DNA of 63,276 nucleotides, counting the filler, from Olpidium bornovanus S191 (taxonomy: Eukaryota; Fungi; Olpidiomycota): NCBI GenBank assembly GCA_017911155.1. It is 34 parts of 34 records of this genome, joined end to end, with 100 filler letters (N's around TTAATTAATTAA, not from the genome) between each part and the next. Parts side by side here need not be neighbours in the genome. Positions count along the whole stretch, not along the records: positions 58,760 to 60,650 come from JAEFCI010002222.1; positions 60,751 to 63,276 come from JAEFCI010004604.1; 32 more parts are not named here. One strand, given 5' to 3'. Shown piece after piece: positions 60,526 through 63,276 of this stretch (the first letter of the stretch is position 1; each line of letters starts with the position of its first letter). The translations under genes and the position numbers were made by a program. The notes beneath the pieces are model-generated. The model did not search any database and was not told the DNA's origin. It worked only from the letters and a program-made list of their open reading frames with translations.

Positions 60526-63276
60526 CTCCCCTTCCCCGGGGCGGTCGACAAAACGCCCGCTCCCGCGCGCAGGCGCAGCAGAGCAGAGAGAGCGCAGCCG
60601 CTTTTGCCGACGGGCGAGACGGCGGCCTTTTCCCCACCGAGGCCCAGAAANNNNNNNNNNNNNNNNNNNNNNNNNNNNNNNNNNNNNNNNNNNNTTAATT
60701 AATTAANNNNNNNNNNNNNNNNNNNNNNNNNNNNNNNNNNNNNNNNNNNNAACACGCGTACGCGTCTGTCAATAAAAATTTCGTTACAGCCTGCTCAAGT
60801 TGTGCCTGCGCCTTTGCGCGTGATTGCCGAGAGTTGCTGGTGGATGTTGCGGGATGGCGGAACGTGTCGGGGGAAATATAGGGCTGGGCGTCACGTTACG
60901 CTGGCGGTCACCGCGTGAATCCCAGAAACCAAGCAGAAGGGAACATCCCAGAAAAACGTATGCATGCAGAAGCGACCGGAAGCGCATGTTAGTCATGCGG
61001 GCAATGCGCTCGAGATGTCCGCCGCAACATGCAACAAAAATCTCTAGTTTGCCCAGGAACTGAGGCACGCACGCTTTCACCAATCTTGGGGGGACAAATA
61101 GAGACCAGCGTCGATATTTATGGGCGGTATTTGCAATGACAAGGGAAGCGGCCGAGGTGATCTAAGGTGCTTAAGAGATTGCTTTAAAATGCTGCAACTT
61201 CCAAGCCCGCCTGTGTCGTAGTATAGTTATGATAGTTATGATAGTTAAAAACGAGACCGACCGCATCGACTGGCGCAGCAGCCGGGCCTTGTCCGCACGG
61301 ATCGCGGTCTTCGAAATGCAGCGCGTCCGCTGCTGGTCGTTCCCATGTTCGCTCGCGCGGCCGCGGCTTTCCCGGCCGACGGAAGCGCCGTCGGCCGTTG
61401 GACCGCACGCCTGCGGCAACCGGGTGCGCGACCGAGGATGATTGGTTGAGGGCTGTGGAGCGGATCAATTGCCCAGCACCCCCTGCGGGCCTGACAGCTT
61501 GTTCCTGCCACTTCCCTGTCGGCGATCGGAGTTCGTCCTGCGCAACGATTGATCCCTACACCGCTGGCATCTTGTCGAGAGCTATAGGACCGGCAATGTC
61601 TTCCTGCCGCCGTTGTTGTTGTCGTTGTTGTCATCCTTTCTCTGAGGAGAGTCAAAATCAATCTCACCACGTGCACTGGCAAGAGGGACTTTTGTTCACC
61701 GGCACACGTCTCGCCGCGTTTTAAGCCGTACCGGCGCACGCTTTAAACACTAGACGCAGCTTAAACTCAGCAGGCAATAACGGGAGCAACGAAGACCTTA
61801 CTCCTTGATTATTGGGCAACTGGGGAAGCCCATTCTGGGAAGACCTCGTGCGGCTGCTGCGTATGGTCAGTTCTTTACCGTTTCCTGCCCGTCTGCTGCA
61901 CGTGCGCCCCGAGAGTGATAAGTAAAGTATCGTTCAAACTAATTTAAGTAACTAAATTACTTTGGCATGTAATGTATTATTGGCATACCTGCCCGGGGCG
62001 GATCGCTGCCCAGTTCTTATTCTGCGGTAAGCGGTGCGCACCAGCTCACCCCGAGAACCGCGGTCATATCGCGCCTGTGTCGGGGTGGCCGGGGTTTGGG
62101 TTTCGCGTCAACCGGGTTCAAGACCTCTCGGCAGGATGTCACGGTCCTGCAGAGACCAGTCGGAGATACGGCGGAAGCTCGATGCGTGGCCCGTGAAAAA
62201 TTCGTAACACATTAATTCCGTGCTTTTATGAGACGCCAAGGTCGTCTTCATCGTCGTTGTCGTCATTGTTGGGGGAAATGGAATGTAGGTCTGTTTTGCT
62301 TTGGTGAACGAATTCACTGTGAGTGGACCAAGTGGGGGGGGAAGGGTGGTGATGTCCCCACCCGGTGTGGCTGGACAGCTGATAATGGAGCCGTCTCCGG
62401 CAGCAGGTCACCATGCGGTTCAACCTGTTTGCGTGCAAGTTCGCGCGTGCGGGCCGCGGCAGTCTTCCACCCCTCACCACGGCCCGAACTCTCTTTGATT
62501 TCGATTAACACCGCTTTCTCCACATCATGCCGCGCGGGCGAGAATGTAGCAATTTAACGAACGCGGTCCATTGTTCCTTTTTTTGCGAACTCGCTGAAAA
62601 GAAACCGCTGTTTCGTCGAAACTGCGGTAAAGCCAGTTTAGCCCTGACCTTCCCTCCAGGCTCGACTTTTTTCTCTTTTCGTCTTCTTTTGGAGAGCTCG
62701 GATCTGATTTTCTGTTTTTGGGGAAAAAGGAAACAAGGTTTGAAAAGGTTCTCGCCGTAGGCGGTGGGTTATGTATGCAGGGGACGCGGGGATGAGGAGA
62801 ACGCCCAAGGCTTCGGCGCCTTCCTTGCTTGACTGGCGATGCGGAGATGATCTATTTGATCAACTTAAAAGAAATCGCCGTTGCTTTGCCAGCAAACGGT
62901 GCTATCAAGACTTTGCCGGTCAACCCCGGCGATCCCTGGTAGGCAGCGCTTTGGCAAACAAATGTACACATTCGTCTGGCGATGTAACCTGCCGGGTGAG
63001 TTGTCAAGTAGACACCACAAAGGACGGAAGGGTGCACCATAATTCGCAAATTCCCTGTTCCGCTTCACACCGCACCTCTTGACCTGATGCCGCTGAAAGA
63101 GTGCAGATTGTAACCCCACAGAAACCGTCGGTAAACTCGCCACAACGGAAGCCCTTGCACCGCCGCACGGTGTTGTTTCCGATGCCTCTAGTGTTTGGCC
63201 GCCCGCGGCGTGGGGAAATGGGGCAGAATGCTGTAACATAACCGGTATCCTGTAACCTAACTTGTCTCCCTGCATG

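Noticed and set aside
60751-63276. Coding calls in the last contig, and also in 23400-25198, 31231-32405, 34126-35291, 38200-39458 and 57041-58560
   Set aside because: No recognisable motifs; the ORFs are short or low-complexity. Left unannotated.

Overview
This is not a contiguous locus. The window is 34 short contigs (about 0.9-4.6 kb) joined by 33 identical 100-bp artificial spacers (N44-TTAATTAATTAA-N44), so adjacency across spacers carries no biological meaning. The DNA is eukaryotic, GC-rich and intron-rich (GT-AG), with long homopolymer and microsatellite tracts. Recognisable, mostly partial genes are EFL (not EF-1alpha), Sly1, an SDR, Iws1/Spn1, Mtf1, a CatSper-gamma-like subunit, cytoplasmic dynein heavy chain, a calmodulin, an LRRC74-like protein, ubiquilin/Dsk2, a Nup1/Nup153-like nucleoporin, FANCL, symplekin, a LIM protein, BiP/Kar2, NADPH-P450 reductase, an SLC35C1-like GDP-fucose transporter and Cmc1. 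This combination best fits a flagellated, early-diverging fungus; an Olpidium-like organism is my inference and is unverified. There are also several decayed LTR retroelements, including a solo LTR with a perfect 5-bp target-site duplication nested in a Gypsy RT, and a Copia-type half-tRNA primer-binding site. The most notable signals are the sperm-type CatSper-gamma auxiliary subunit and the Fanconi-anaemia E3 ligase FANCL in a fungal-type genome. All homology calls come from recalled family motifs; no database search was run.
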